In this document: piece after piece, positions 51,406-64,000 of the stretch
Layout: every line of letters begins with the position of its first letter
Position numbering within the stretch: position 1 is the first letter of the stretch
Made by a program: the position numbers and the translations under genes
Assembly: GCF_964204645.1 (NCBI RefSeq)
Contig: NC_134033.1
Coordinates: forward strand, 9,928,655-9,992,654
Length of the DNA stretch: 64,000 nt
DNA from: Tubulanus polymorphus
Lineage: Eukaryota; Animalia; Nemertea
Direction of reading: 5' to 3'
The notes under the pieces: generated by a model
Database searches by the model: none
What the model saw: the letters and a program-made list of their open reading frames with translations, nothing else
What the model was told of the DNA's origin: nothing

Positions 51406-54400
51406 AGGTCTAAGACGTAATCTGGATAAGCTAATTTGTTAAGACAATTGCGTACATATAAAATTTCAGATTCCATAAATTCAGGGTCACAAATTCTAAA
51501 AGCTCGAAGAAACAACCCTTGGGCTACAGACAACTTGATATGAAAACTAGTGAAGGAAAAGAAACGCAAATATGAATTAGAGTGGGTGGGCAAATATGAA
51601 TTAGAGTGGGTGGGTTTCCGATAAACTGAAAAACGGAGACAATCAAAACAATTGTGTATAAGAACATCCAGGAAAGGAATCACATTATTTGATTCCCATT
51701 CAAATGTGAACTTTAGGCTAGGGTAACGTGAATTTAAGAACTCTGAAAATAAGGGGATAGTTAAGTTTATCAGAAATCAAGCGAAGAACATCGTCAACAT
51801 AACGAAACCAAGCTTTGGGAGGGATATCTGTATACAAAGGCAAAATTTCAGTTTCAACATGTTCCATGAATTAGTTAGCTAAGATAGGAAAGAGGGGATT
51901 CCCCATAGCAAATCCAAAAATCTTTTGAAAGAAATTCCCTTTAAAATGAAAATACATATTTTTGGAACACAGTTCAAGTAAACCAATGAGACATTCAACA
52001 GAAATGGGAAAATCGAGGTGTAGGCCCGGAAGTTTGCGTCGAATGAAATCGAAAGTAGCCTCTAAAGGGATATAAGTAAACAATGAAACAACATCAAATG
52101 AGATGAATTTGTCACCGTTAGGAATGATGGACCGTAATCTGTCTAGCAAGTCTGAGTTATGTTTAATATGAGAATTAGAAAAACGACCCAATACAGGGGA
52201 TAACATTTTAGCTAGCGATTTCTAGAGAAAATACGAGGATGATCCACAATTAGAAATAATGGGGCCTAAGGGTACATCAGATTTATGAATTTTAGGTAAA
52301 CCATAAGCGTATGGAAGGGAGAGCAGACGACAATTAAAACGGCGAATGTAAGCCAAGTCCCAGGTCATGATTTAAATTACTTTGCCAACACTTTAAAGGA
52401 TCTTTTTAAGAGGGTTATAAACTAGAGGATCGGAAAGAATAGTGTCCATTTTTTATCATAGTCCACAACATCCATGATGTCAATCTTGCCGCCTTTGTCC
52501 GCTTTAGAGATACGAAGGTTTTTCAAAGATCTGCGTTTAGCCTTACGTGAACTCAGATCTTTGAAACACCTTCGTTTCTCTAAAGCGGACAAAGGCGGCA
52601 AGATTGTTAGGAAAAAACCGAAAATTCGAGGATTTAATGAATTCCTTATAGTTTTGGTGTTTTCAAATCTCTTTCGAACTTGTGATTGTGGGACTATTTC
52701 CTTGGTACACATCAAAATCATTTTGAGTACCAGAGGCCGAACAACGCGCCCATATTTTGAAACCCCAGGGGTGTGGTTTTCCCTTTATATACTGTTTCAC
52801 AGAACTTCTGCGACATTTGTAAGGAACCATCATCTAAACGATTGATTTTTCCTGATCTGGTATGACGCTGAGACAATTGTATAGTAATTTTGAAGGCCGA
52901 GGTCGCAGCTTCCAAATTTTATCTTTCCTGTCGTCATCAGAAATAGTGTCATTGTCAACGAAATGGAGATGACTGCGTAAATTTTGAAAACATGCTCGAG
53001 GCATCACATCTGCAACTGGAGATTATCTAGTATCACGCTCCGAATATGGAGTTACACCAGGAATTCTTACGATACCCATGAGGTGATACATGCCAATCAT
53101 CTTCTCAATTTCCTTTACAGATATTTCAATGGATTTTCCATATTTTTGGACGCTGTAGAGATTTGTGTTATATACGACTGACTCTTACATATCATCGTCG
53201 ATAAGGACTCTGAAGTAGTCTAATGTTGTCGCAATTTCAGCCTCTGAAGGTAGCTGCACAATCTCTCCAGTTAAGTCAGTACTGAGAGTGGAGGGGAAGT
53301 CCTTTTTCCATTTGTATTTCCCCTTTTGGAGATGTCGGATAGCTGATGCAGTGGCTATATTTGCCAATGGCTCATCATCTGTCCTGAGTCTACGGTACCA
53401 TTGAAATCGTTGTCATTGGTATCAGTGTCGTCAAAACTGACATCGGGATTGTCATCTTGGATGTGATCATGGTCACTCTCTTCGCTGGATCCACAAACTA
53501 AATCGCTCTCATTGCCATCAACTAACTCCAAAACATTTTCGACATTTAGTCTACGGGTTCTATCCAGATGTGAGGCCATGCTATATAAAATTGAAACAAA
53601 ATTAAATTTAGTGACTCATAAAACTGACTTTACTTACTATTTTCAAAGTACACTGATTCTGAATGCACCTTCAGAACCTCGAAAATCCAAAAATTATTTG
53701 ATAATATAATTGTATACCTATAAATACCAGTGGGATGCCGGTGACCCATGACTTTATTTACTACCACAAATGTTACAATTGTGAAGAATAAATGCTGAAA
53801 ACTAGTTTTCCACAATCATTTGTACTCCCTCTTGATAGTTTAATGAGTTACATCGAATATACATACCTCACCGAGATGAGATACTGGTCAGAACTTGCGA
53901 ACTCTCAAAAGATTTTAAAACACGCTGCATTGCAAACTTGAACAAAACATTTTCAAAGAAGTTGGCAGCACCTACGGTGTTGAGAGTGTAACATATGTTT
54001 CCCATTGGTATTAATGCGTTGTAAACTTAATATTTTTTAGGTTGTTGATTATGGGCCTCTCCAAAGTATGTGGGACACAAATGACCCGGGGGTACTTACG
54101 GGGTTGGCATTATTCTGTAAGACTGTCCTCTTTGTGATATGAATTCCATCACACGTGTCGAAAATGCATTTCGGGTAGGTGATTGAATCCTGATATATAT
54201 CCCAAATAAGACCTAAAGTTTTGACAATACGAGATCGCTCAAGCACGTCGTCCTGTTTAGCTAGTATGCATACTTCTGGACAGTTAGATTACCAGCCTCT
54301 GAAATTGAAATTATCCTATGGCTTGAGTGATCTTGTCTCTTTACACTACTGAACCATATCCGACACGTTTTCAATGCTAGTACTAATATTATCTACATAA

Positions 54401-57261
54401 ATATCTCTTAAAAGGAGATCATCGAATTTACCGTTGAATTCATTTCGAAAATGATAAATAACAGTACTTTTAAACATAAACAGCGAACAGGTAGCGCCAA
54501 AAAGCACTCCCTTGGACCGGTGTATGTATCGAAATCACCGATGGATCATCTAACCAAAAAAAAACGTGTAGAATCTCTGTCTGACTCGGAGAGACCGAGA
54601 CGGGTAAAAAAGCCCTTTCACAATATGTGATTACGGCGTACCTAAATTGTCTGAAACGCATGAGAATGGAGCCGATGTCATTGAGAAGGCAAGGTCCTGA
54701 CTCTAAGCAGTCATTCAAACTCAATTCATTTTTCGACTGATGACAACTGCAATCAAAAACTATGCGAATAGGGACAGTTTCAGAGTCGCGAAAAACAGCG
54801 TGATGGGGAATGTAATGTACCCTATTAGAATAGGAAATACTTGGTTCAGATACCTTCTCAATTAAATCACGTTCCAACTGATATTTGATTATCCCGTGAT
54901 TTTTATCTAATGGCGATTGATCAGCTAAGCTTCTGGCTAGAGAGCGAGTACGACCGAGAGCAACTGAAAAATTTGATGGTAATGGTCCGTACCCTACTCG
55001 CCACGGAAGTTTTGCCAGATATATACCATCTACGTTTGAAATAGCGTTTTGAAAATATTCATCGAGAAAATTGATTGTTTTTTCAGCTGAAGGACTTTCA
55101 ATACCGCTTGTGTCTAACGACAAATTATGTTTTAAATCATCATCCGTTTCAGTTATGATACTCATCATAGTAACCTGTGTCGCCATACAACTACGGGGTA
55201 CTTTTCTGATCCTGTCTGCAACCTGTGAGAACATAACCCAACTTAGTTGGTACTAAAACTAAACCTTTATAACACCATATAACACCTTCCGTTTCCACAA
55301 TTGTGTAATAATAGTCTGACCCTATCGGTAAGTAAATATTAACAGGATACTCTTGAAATGGATGTGCTTATCTCCATCCCTGAAATTCTTTAATCCGACG
55401 AACTGAGTTTGGTGGTACTAATGGTCTAGTTATTGTCGGAACTACAATGGTTTCAAGGGAAATAATGCTACCGTCGGTACATGATCATGATGTATCTAGA
55501 CTTACAATATCTACTGATTTGTATGTGCGTGTACATTTTTCGAATGTTGATAAACTAATATTTGACTTTTTTTTAACTTTTAAATTTCAATACTTCTACC
55601 ATATCATGGGTAATGAATGATTTCTGAGAACCGCCATCAAATAGAATATTACTAAAAACTCATTCTTCTGGCCCAAAAATCATACCAACTGCTGTCTTTG
55701 AAAATACAGGACCCATTTCTGTATTGACAGTTGTTGAAACTTTCGATATATTTATATCATTACATCATGATGTGCTTTCAACTTTTGAAGTGACCGATTG
55801 CGGTTGCGAACGTGAAACGTAGGCAGAAGAATTGTGTAGCGTTTCTCTCCCGGGTACTAGCGTATATCTTTTTGGTGAAAGCAATGAATAAAATAGGCGT
55901 TTGCTGCTTGACTTCGCCCTGAGACAATATAATAGGGTTACGTGAAAATATTGGGAGAAGAAATTCCTCCTCAGATATATTCTTAGTCTAAATTATAGTG
56001 AAATGAATATTCAGTCTCTCAATACTCATTCCATGATGAGTACCTGGCAAGGATTTCGTCGGGTTCGAACCTAGTTCTCCCAACATCTACCGTTCTCTCC
56101 GTATGACACGTTGTCATTACTACTCCCCCCTCCCCCGATGAAGGCCGTCAGTCGATAAAAGATTGAGGGTTCGAATCCTAGATTGATGGTCTCCATCTAA
56201 CTACTGCTGATACATCCCTGGTCGAACTGGTCCCCTCATTTAGACGAATAATAATTCTTTGCACTGAGATAGAAAAATTGCGGTGGAACTCCTCTCCTCG
56301 TTCAAAAATGACGAAAAGATAAGACTTGTATGCATAATCATATCGAGAGCTGATGAACTCCCGGATTTAATGTCTATATCTTGCCGATACGCCCGGCAAT
56401 AGAATAATATCAATATATACAAAGGTCGGCTTGACTAAACTCGATCATAACTGTTCATCGCAGTGACGATCTCGGTCGGTTGGTTTCAGTAGAATAGGAC
56501 CGGAAAAACCGGCACAAACAGTACATCAAACTCGGTCGGACGATCGTAATGTGTATAAACAAATATCTCCCTTCGGTTTGGACAAGATGATCATATCCAA
56601 CCCGAAGGCGGGATAAGAAGGCATCTCTTATCGCTTACATCTTCTAATTTTATTGTCCTAGCTACGTGGTTATTACGCTTCTCACGGAGTCAGAATAATA
56701 CGTGGCACGTGTGATTCGAAAATTGAAATGTTCGTCATGCTTGAACGACCCGCCTTTTATAGAAAACCGAAGCGCTCATGGGCCGGTAGTGCGCGCGCTT
56801 AATTGGACACGATAGAATAGTTAAAAAGGAAGATTAATACTCTCAGAGATTAAATATAGTTAGTACACGTGCTTCAAAATATCGAAAGAATAAATTCAAA
56901 AGGGTAAAGGCGGAATTCGAAAATCAAACCAGAGTTTGATGTACGCGCGCAAGAATAGTGAGCCACCTAGCGGTGCGACATGGCTCAACTCGTCGAGCGA
57001 GGAACCGATAAAAACAAATCAAACTACGGGAATATAATTAAAATTGAACTATGACACTACAAAACGGCAGTTCTAAAGTGAAAAGGGATAATAGAGGAAT
57101 CGACTAGAGGAAAGTAATCGGAGTGTCATAGCGCGAATTTAAGATATAAACCAAATGAAAAGATATGATCGTGCTAATTTCCGAATGAAACCGACCGAAA
57201 TCCACAACCCCAATTCGAAGAGACCGTAACGAGACGCCCGGAAAACTTAACAATATCTACA

Positions 57262-57680
57262 CACAGGGACCTGACAAAAAAAAATTTGACCCCAGTATCC
57301 TATGTACTATATATAAAAAAACAAGGGAGCCAACTCTCCGTCAGATCGGTCGATAGGTATGCCGTTTGTTTTCAAAAAACATGGTCATATTTACTTCCAG
57401 TCTGGTGCGGTACAGACGGATTTTGCCGATTTTTTCGGAATAATCGTACGATTTAACAATCTCAGAGGCACTCAAATCTTTCTCAAACCACACAGTCTAA
57501 CGCAGAAATTCGTTATCTTCCAAAATTATCTTACTTGAAGCGGATTGGATTATCATTGGATTATGGAACTGTTGAAGTGACATACCTATCGACCGATCTG
57601 ACGGAGAGTTTGCTCCCTTGATTTTTTATATATAGTACCTAGGATACTGAGGTCAAAAATTTTTTTGTCACGTCCCTGTG
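57262..57680. mobile_element. P-element-like MITE
   Basis: ~100-bp TIRs starting CACAGGGAC; 8-bp TSD TATCTACA (57254-57261, 57681-57688). Confidence 0.8.
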
Positions 57681-57789
57681 TATCTACACGTATTTTGATA
57701 CAAACTTAAACGATTTCCTTACATATATATCTCAATTCATCCCACCCGGAGCTATTAGAGGCAGGTAGTGAGAAGCTGAAGCGAAAACG

Positions 57790-59092
57790 AACCGGAGTTG
57801 TTAAACGCGGTCCATTTTCGCCACAACACCTCCTCCCAGCCTCGAACCTCTCTGGGCGGAGGCGATAACTAGCGAAAATCGAAGATGGTGTCTTTAGATG
57901 ATGTCGAATTCTTTCTGGTCGATCAGACACAGCGGGCATAATAATGGTTCGCCACTAAATCCGTAGAGACTTCAACGTATCCAGCTGAGGTAGGGTTACT
58001 ATATATCATCCTGAATGCCGTAATTGCGTCCCCTCCGCTTGTCGGGAGAATTCTGGATCGGGCCACCGGATCTTGATTCACGAGGATCCGATGATGCACT
58101 GGTTACATGCCGGTCGCATGGTGAGCCAAAATATCTGTACGCATTGCAGCCAGGGACTGGATGATGATGTAACAGGACTAGTTGCTCACACAATGCCGGA
58201 CTCACGTCGGTGGCCTGGCAGCTCTTTAACGGCTCGCCGACTACAGCGTCTTCCGACTCCGATGTTTCTTTTGCGTTGACGATTCTTTGGCAATTATAGT
58301 CGATGACTCCATCGACAGCTCGACGACGGAAGTCGGTGACTGAACTGCTGACGTCTCGATAGCGATGGTCGGCGGGCTCTCAACAACGGCAAGCTCTCAA
58401 CAACGGTTGACAGTTTGTCGTTTATGACGGTCAGCAAGTCATTGCTGACGGCGGTGGCTCGGTGACAATTGAAGATGGGTAAACATCTTCCATAGTACCT
58501 GACATTTCTTTCATTATTCGAGTGACGACGTCGCAGGCCGACCTCTCTTCGGATGGACAGTTGGTGGCAGCGACGTCCATTGCTTGTTCCCCTGTCGTTG
58601 AAGTAGTAGTGTGGCAGGGAGTACTGAAATGGACCGTCCGGGGATCACCAGCGACTGGCTCGTCTTCCTCGAACATTGTGTTGATCCGCTCTGCTAATTG
58701 TTCCGCCGTCTTATCATCTCTTCCCCCTCCCGCTGTTGATCTGATCTAACCTTCGATTCCTCCGCACGCTTACGTCGCTGTTTGTCGCATCGAATCTTTC
58801 TCTTAACAGACACCGCACTCGCAGTGGTCATAATATTTGACGCGGACAAGACTTGCGCGGGTGGGTCTCAGTCCCATGAGTCCTCTGCGACTTCGAGAAT
58901 TCGCACTCTCTCTTCATGATACTTAACGTGTCCTCGAACCTTAAGTTTGATGGCGAACTGTTTCCCGCATTTTTACACTCGAAAACTTTTCCTTCGCGCG
59001 TCTGGCCTTCACAATACCGGTTGTGGGCGTGTACGTTCTCTTTGTCGACCCCTCACGCGCAGTATATACATTTGACTTTGACCGCTTCATCC
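57790..59092 (-). pseudogene. Accessory zinc-finger ORF in env position of second Gypsy
   Basis: Acceptor TTTTATTTTGTAG at 59094-59093; VKCIYCA*GVDKENVHAHNRYC then FECK(fs)CGKQFAIKLKVRGHVKYH; downstream Ser/Thr/Pro-rich decayed frame; 3' limit uncertain. Confidence 0.55.
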
Positions 59093-62000
59093 CTACAAAA
59101 TAAAACGGATAAAAACACGTGAATATTAACAACGGTAGAGGAGATCTGGCCTAGCTCCAGTTGCCATATCTATCTGGCGGTCTCGATGTACGCCCGAAAA
59201 TAGTCGTTCGAATGTCGTCGTTTTTGATTTCGTCTGAGCATTTCTCTTAACTATCGGGAGTCCTCAGGTCAGTGGCGGTTGGCTCAAGGTAAGGTTTCAG
59301 TCGGTCAGAATGCACGGTCATACGCTTATTTGAATCGGGAAGCGCTATAGAATAGATTACCTCGTTTATTATCTTAAAAATCTTGCATGGCCTACCCAAT
59401 GGCAGGCTAGCTTCGTTGACTTAATGCCAGATGTGACAGGTCGGAAAAACCATACCCTCACCCACTTTAAGGCTCGTTCCATGACTACGCGTAACATGAT
59501 GTCTCTTCTGAAAAAGCTAAAGTAAGGCGTTCTTTCAGTTCTGTTGCGTACGTCTCAATCAGTGGCTGTATTGAAGGGTGAGGAGTTCCTGAGAGAATAT
59601 CTATGGGTAAGTTTATATCTCGGCCTAGCATCAAATGGTTTGAAGAAAATCTGATCGAATCATGTGTCGACGCTCGGTACGCCACCGTTGAATATGGTAG
59701 CTGCTCGTCCCAGTCGTCCTGGTTTGTATTCACAAGCATGGCGAGCCCAGTCAGCAGGGTGCGATTGTACCGCTCGACTAATCCATCGAACTGCGGATGG
59801 TAGGCGGTAGTTCTAGTCTTATGCATTTCTGGCATGCCACATAATTCAGTCATTAGTTTTGACTGGAAATTAGACCCTTGGTCGGAGTGAAATTGTCTTG
59901 CTACTCCGAACCTACTTATGAACTCTCGAACGAGCGTTGCCACTATAGTCTTGGCTTCCTGATTGGGTAGAGGATAGGCACATAGGTGACAAGTTGCACA
60001 CCAGAGCTTGACATCGTCCCGAATTCCGGCCAGAAATATATTTTGTGAATACTAGTGAGGGTCTTCTTGTGGCCGAAATGTCTGGCAATCCTAGAGGCCT
60101 GAATCTCGATGAATACTTCGTGACGGTGAGTCTTAGGCAAAACTAAACATGTGGACGGTTCTAATCCTTCTCTTTCCTTGGTGATATACAGGATGCCCTC
60201 GATCATTCTTAATTGTTCCCACGACGATGTTAAACCTTAAAATCATACTCTGACAGCAGGGTAATCGACCTGGCCGTCTGTCCCTCCGGATCTTTAAATG
60301 ACCTAAGGCAACGTAGTGAACCGTGGTCGGCGCGGAGCAGCGACTCCCTCCCTAATGAATAATGTCTGAAATGCTTGACTACCGCCAGTAGCGCACGCCT
60401 CGTGACGCAATAATTTCGCTCTCTCCTTTGACAAGGTGCGGCTGTCATAAGCGATCACTTTCTCGGCCCCATTGTGTACTTGTGACAAAACAGCCCCCAA
60501 GCCTACCCCACTAGCGTCTGTATCTAAGATAAACTGGGTATCCGGGAGTGGATACACAAGTATCGGCGTGTCATGAGCGTATCTTTCAATTCATCAAAAA
60601 CAGACTGGCATTCTCCAGACCATTTAAATTTCCTTCCCTTCTCAGTTAATCTGCGGAGTGGTTTCGCTGTCGATGCAAAATCTCGGCAAAAACTCCGGTA
60701 GTAAGATGCTAAACCAAGAATGATCTCACCTCAGTTTGACATCGCGGCACAGGCCAAATATTAATTAATTCGATTTACCTGGATGGCACGATGCGCCGTC
60801 CTCGGAGACTACATGCCCTAAAAACGCAACTGATTTCTCAAAGATGTGACGCTTCTTGGGTTTGAGTTTTAGATCGAATCTTCTAAGCCTTTCGAATACT
60901 TGGCGCAGGTCCCCCAAAGTCTCCTCAAAATTCTTCCCAAATACTATGATATCATCGAAATAGACTAAGCAAATCTCACACTGCAGGCCACAGAGAACTG
61001 TTCCATGAGTCTTTCGAACGTCGCGCCACTATTACATAACCCAAAAGGCATCTTTCGAAATTGAAATAGACCATCTCTCATGATTAATGCGGATTTCTCT
61101 CTTGCAGATTCCGATAGCTCAAGCTGCCAGTAACCAGATGCGAGATCTATATTGCAAAATATCGAGAGCCTGTGCGATAACGGATAGGGTCATCAATTCC
61201 TATAAGCAGTAATCTTGTGTGGAGTTGGATTCAAAACTATCGTGGGTAACAATATATTCTCGGTGTCGACGAAACTTCTCGCTGTCAGAAGGATGTTTGT
61301 GGCTAAACACAGATGGTTCTATCATAGCCCAATTTCCGGAGTGGTGTTGTACAGCAGTCGTTCCTTCCAGTACCTTTTTCGTTGAATGGCGGAATAACGA
61401 CCCGTTGACGGCCTTTGACGTGAGTATTGTTCTAGCTGTCATTTCTTCCCGTAGATGATTTGCTTACTGTGACACGTGATACTTTGTCTAGCTGGGTGAA
61501 TCTGGCAGTCATAGTGTGAAAGAAAATCTAAACCTAAGACGGTTTCATCATCGATATCAGCCACGGCGAACGACCAGGGCATGACCTCGCCGAAAATCTC
61601 GACTCCCACACCAACTTACCGTATGTCTTCAGAGGGGAATTGTTGATGCTATATAGCTGTAAATTCGATTCTTTAAGATTCTCTTGTGATGCTGGATGCA
61701 ATTTCTCGAATACGCTTTTACTCAATCAAAAATTTAAAGATATCAATTAATAATTTGGTTTCTACTCTATCGATTATTCCGCTTATTATGCTAGATACTG
61801 GATTGCTGATCGTGCTTACAGTAACTCGTTCATCTGAGGGAGTTGGTGATGAGAGTTTGGTTTTTAACCTCTCCTCTGGCATGACGTTCTTTAAGCCAGG
61901 GGTCGCCCGTTTCCCCGTCTCGGTCCTTCTCGGCAGTTTCTAGAGATGTGTCCCGTTTAACCATAACTGTAACAGACTATAGAATGATTATCTCGACGAA

Positions 62001-64000
62001 CGCTTTGTCTGTTGGGCTTGTAGGCCTACTGACTGCTTGACCATTGTCGTCAACTCAGTCACCTGAGTGTCAATTTGATTATTCTCTCCTATTTTTGTTG
62101 CTCTTACTAACCTACGGGAGCCACGCTCTCTCTTCCTCCAACCTCTGGAACCCCTCTACGGCTAAACGGACTAACCCGTCGAGCGATTTACAATGACTCT
62201 GATACAATTGCATGCGCAGCTCTCTATCGTCGATTGCGTCTATAAAATGAGTTCGGACCAAACGGGTCTAAATCAAGACTAGCCCTTACTGCAAAGAAAA
62301 GAAGTTCTTGCCCCAGTTCTCTCAGGGTTTCCGTCCTCTTACGCCTCTTCCATCCTTTATGTTCTTAATTTCTACTAAGAAGAGTTCAGATTGATGGTTG
62401 AAACCGAATCTCGAGTCGAGTATACTAACTCGCCATAATTAAGCCGACTTTGATGCAAGCTAATTGAAGGGCGGGGCCTCGAAGGTGTGCGAAAAGATAA
62501 TCTGCCTTGGATCCGTCGTCCCAGCAGTTGATACGTGCTACTAAAAAACTTGAATATAATCTCGCCAAGAACCATTACCGTCAAAGGTCTCGGGCTTGAT
62601 TCTACATGCCGGGTTACGATCTTGAGCGAACCGCTGACTCTCGAAACCACAATTTGATCCCGACGGAATTCAGTCAAGACGATCACTAGTTTCGACATTG
62701 CGCTCAAAACGTTGTGCATAATGGGAACTCTGGTATTCGGAGCTAACATTACGAGGAAGCGTTATCGTCTCGAACACCTCTGAACCTTTCTCGAGTACCT
62801 TAGTCGCGGTAACTACTTCTGTCCCGGTTGGGGAATCTCCTACGACTGTCGTCTCTCTGTCTTTGGGCTGACGATGGGTTAGATTCCCATCTCTTCGAGA
62901 TTTCGATGCCTCGTTGCTAAGACTTCGGGGTTGTCTACGAGCTTTATTCAATGGAATGAGTACTCATCTTTTCTTAGTCAATAAAATTCGAATAATAATC
63001 TTAATCGTCATATACAAATTCTGAACGAGCCTATGTTCCACTCAGCGCCAAAATAATAAAGATAAAAAGTTTTTGCTAAAATTCTCGATGAGTTTCCTCT
63101 GGACAGGTCTATCAATTAATCGATCAAATCAAAGCAATTCCATCCCACCGCTGCAAAATAGGGGTTTGCTACTTGAGGTTGCCCTGAGACAATATAATCG
63201 GGTTACGCGAAAATATTGGGAGAAGAAATTCCTCTTCAGGGAAACGATATTCATTTTTAGTCTAAATTATAGTCAAATAAATGTTCAATCTTCTCATTCC
63301 ATGATCAGGACTCAGCGTCCTAGTAGGCGACTACCTGGTCAGGATTTCGCTCGGGTTCGAACCTAGTTCTCCCAACATCTACCGTTCTCTCCTTATGACA
63401 CCTTGTCATTACTATTCCTCGAATGATGGTCTCCATCTAACTACTACAGATACGTCCCTAGTCGAACTGGTCCTCTCATTAGACGAATAATAATTGTTGG
63501 CACTCTCCTCGTTCAGATAAGACGAAAATATAAGACTTGTATAAATAATCATATCAAGAGCTGATGAACTCCAGGATTGAATGTCTCTATCTCACGTAGA
63601 TTTAAAATTTACAATGTATCTAAGTTAGTCAGAGGTGCGTCTCGGATAGGTCTCGCATCTATCGATTGTCTACAGTCACGCGCTATGATCTCGTATGTCC
63701 ATTCGTAGGTACGATGAGACTGAGAAAATGTACTTAATGATAACGACGATCTCAAATCATCGCTGGACGTGATGAAAATAAATGTCGACATATATCTTTT
63801 TACATTTGAAGTGAAATCAACCGACCGAAAGTGAATAAAAACTTTAAAAGATTAATCTGATGGCCGATCCGCCCGGCAATAGAATCATATGAATACATTC
63901 AAAAGTCGGCTCCACTAAACTCGATCATAACCGTTAAACGCAGTGACGCGCTCGGTCGGTTGGTTTCAGTAGGATAGGACCGGAAAAATCGGCACAAGCA

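Larger units (their letters stand above)
46858..52695 (-). mobile_element. Penelope-like element B (RT + GIY-YIG), interrupted by two insertions
   Basis: KADKG, YGLPKIHK..VPL.PI, FDVVSLFT, GFAMGNPL, RYVDD, GVYKIPC..C..FHIGETGR; inserted between piggyBac YQG and LGLG; inverted pLTR piece at 52606-52695. Confidence 0.88.
46480..54020 (-). mobile_element. piggyBac transposon (PGBD-like transposase remnant), interrupted
   Basis: Acidic N-terminus 53579-53355, HFVDN, KQYIKGKPHPWGFKIW, DVYQG|..LGLG, LVNAW...F; termini approximate. Confidence 0.75.
44947..55850 (-). mobile_element. BEL/Pao LTR retrotransposon (decayed, interrupted)
   Basis: PR ILFDGGSQKSFI (~55640), RT YIPHHAV...RIVFD...SLNDCL..GP, IYVDNI; IN GVDYF...TRAVHLE...SDNA (45681-45929); candidate 3' LTR 44947-45181. 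Confidence 0.87.
55890..64000 (-). mobile_element. Second Ty3/Gypsy LTR retrotransposon (long LTRs, 5' LTR runs off window)
   Basis: Direct repeats starting ~55890 and ~63155; gag CCHC remnant (~61960), RT YFDDII, RH FILDTDASGVGLGAVL, IN HSDQGSNF...DGLVERYNRT, pol ends RPPDRYGNWS*. Confidence 0.9.

Noticed and set aside
56055-56185. tRNA genes suggested by GGTTCGAA B-box motifs
   Set aside because: No cloverleaf or correctly spaced A-box; the motifs lie inside a Gypsy LTR

Overview
AT-rich eukaryotic (probably invertebrate metazoan) genomic DNA. The host gene is the 3' end of an ABCC1/MRP1-like ABC transporter on the + strand: six intact exons (419-520, 18060-18206, 28545-28703, 29669-29835, 39346-39540, 39636-39747) encoding the end of TMD2 and all of NBD2. 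Its large introns and 3' flank are filled with nested transposons. These include a full-length but decayed two-gene Kolobok element (THAP-DDE transposase plus convergent KolX/P2X7-ballast-like gene, itself hit by a solo LTR) and an antisense spliced polyQ/BEN-domain gene, probably CACTA cargo. There are also CR1/L2 LINE remnants, many MITEs with readable TSDs, two Ty3/Gypsy elements, and a BEL/Pao > piggyBac > Penelope > (Penelope + MULE) nest. The most unusual observation is that both Gypsy elements carry a splice-acceptor-led accessory ORF in the env position, one resembling an SGNH/GDSL hydrolase and the other zinc fingers. Also notable, both larger Penelope copies share the same fold-back 5' architecture and carry minimal hammerhead-like motifs. 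All calls come from manual reading and translation; no database search was run.
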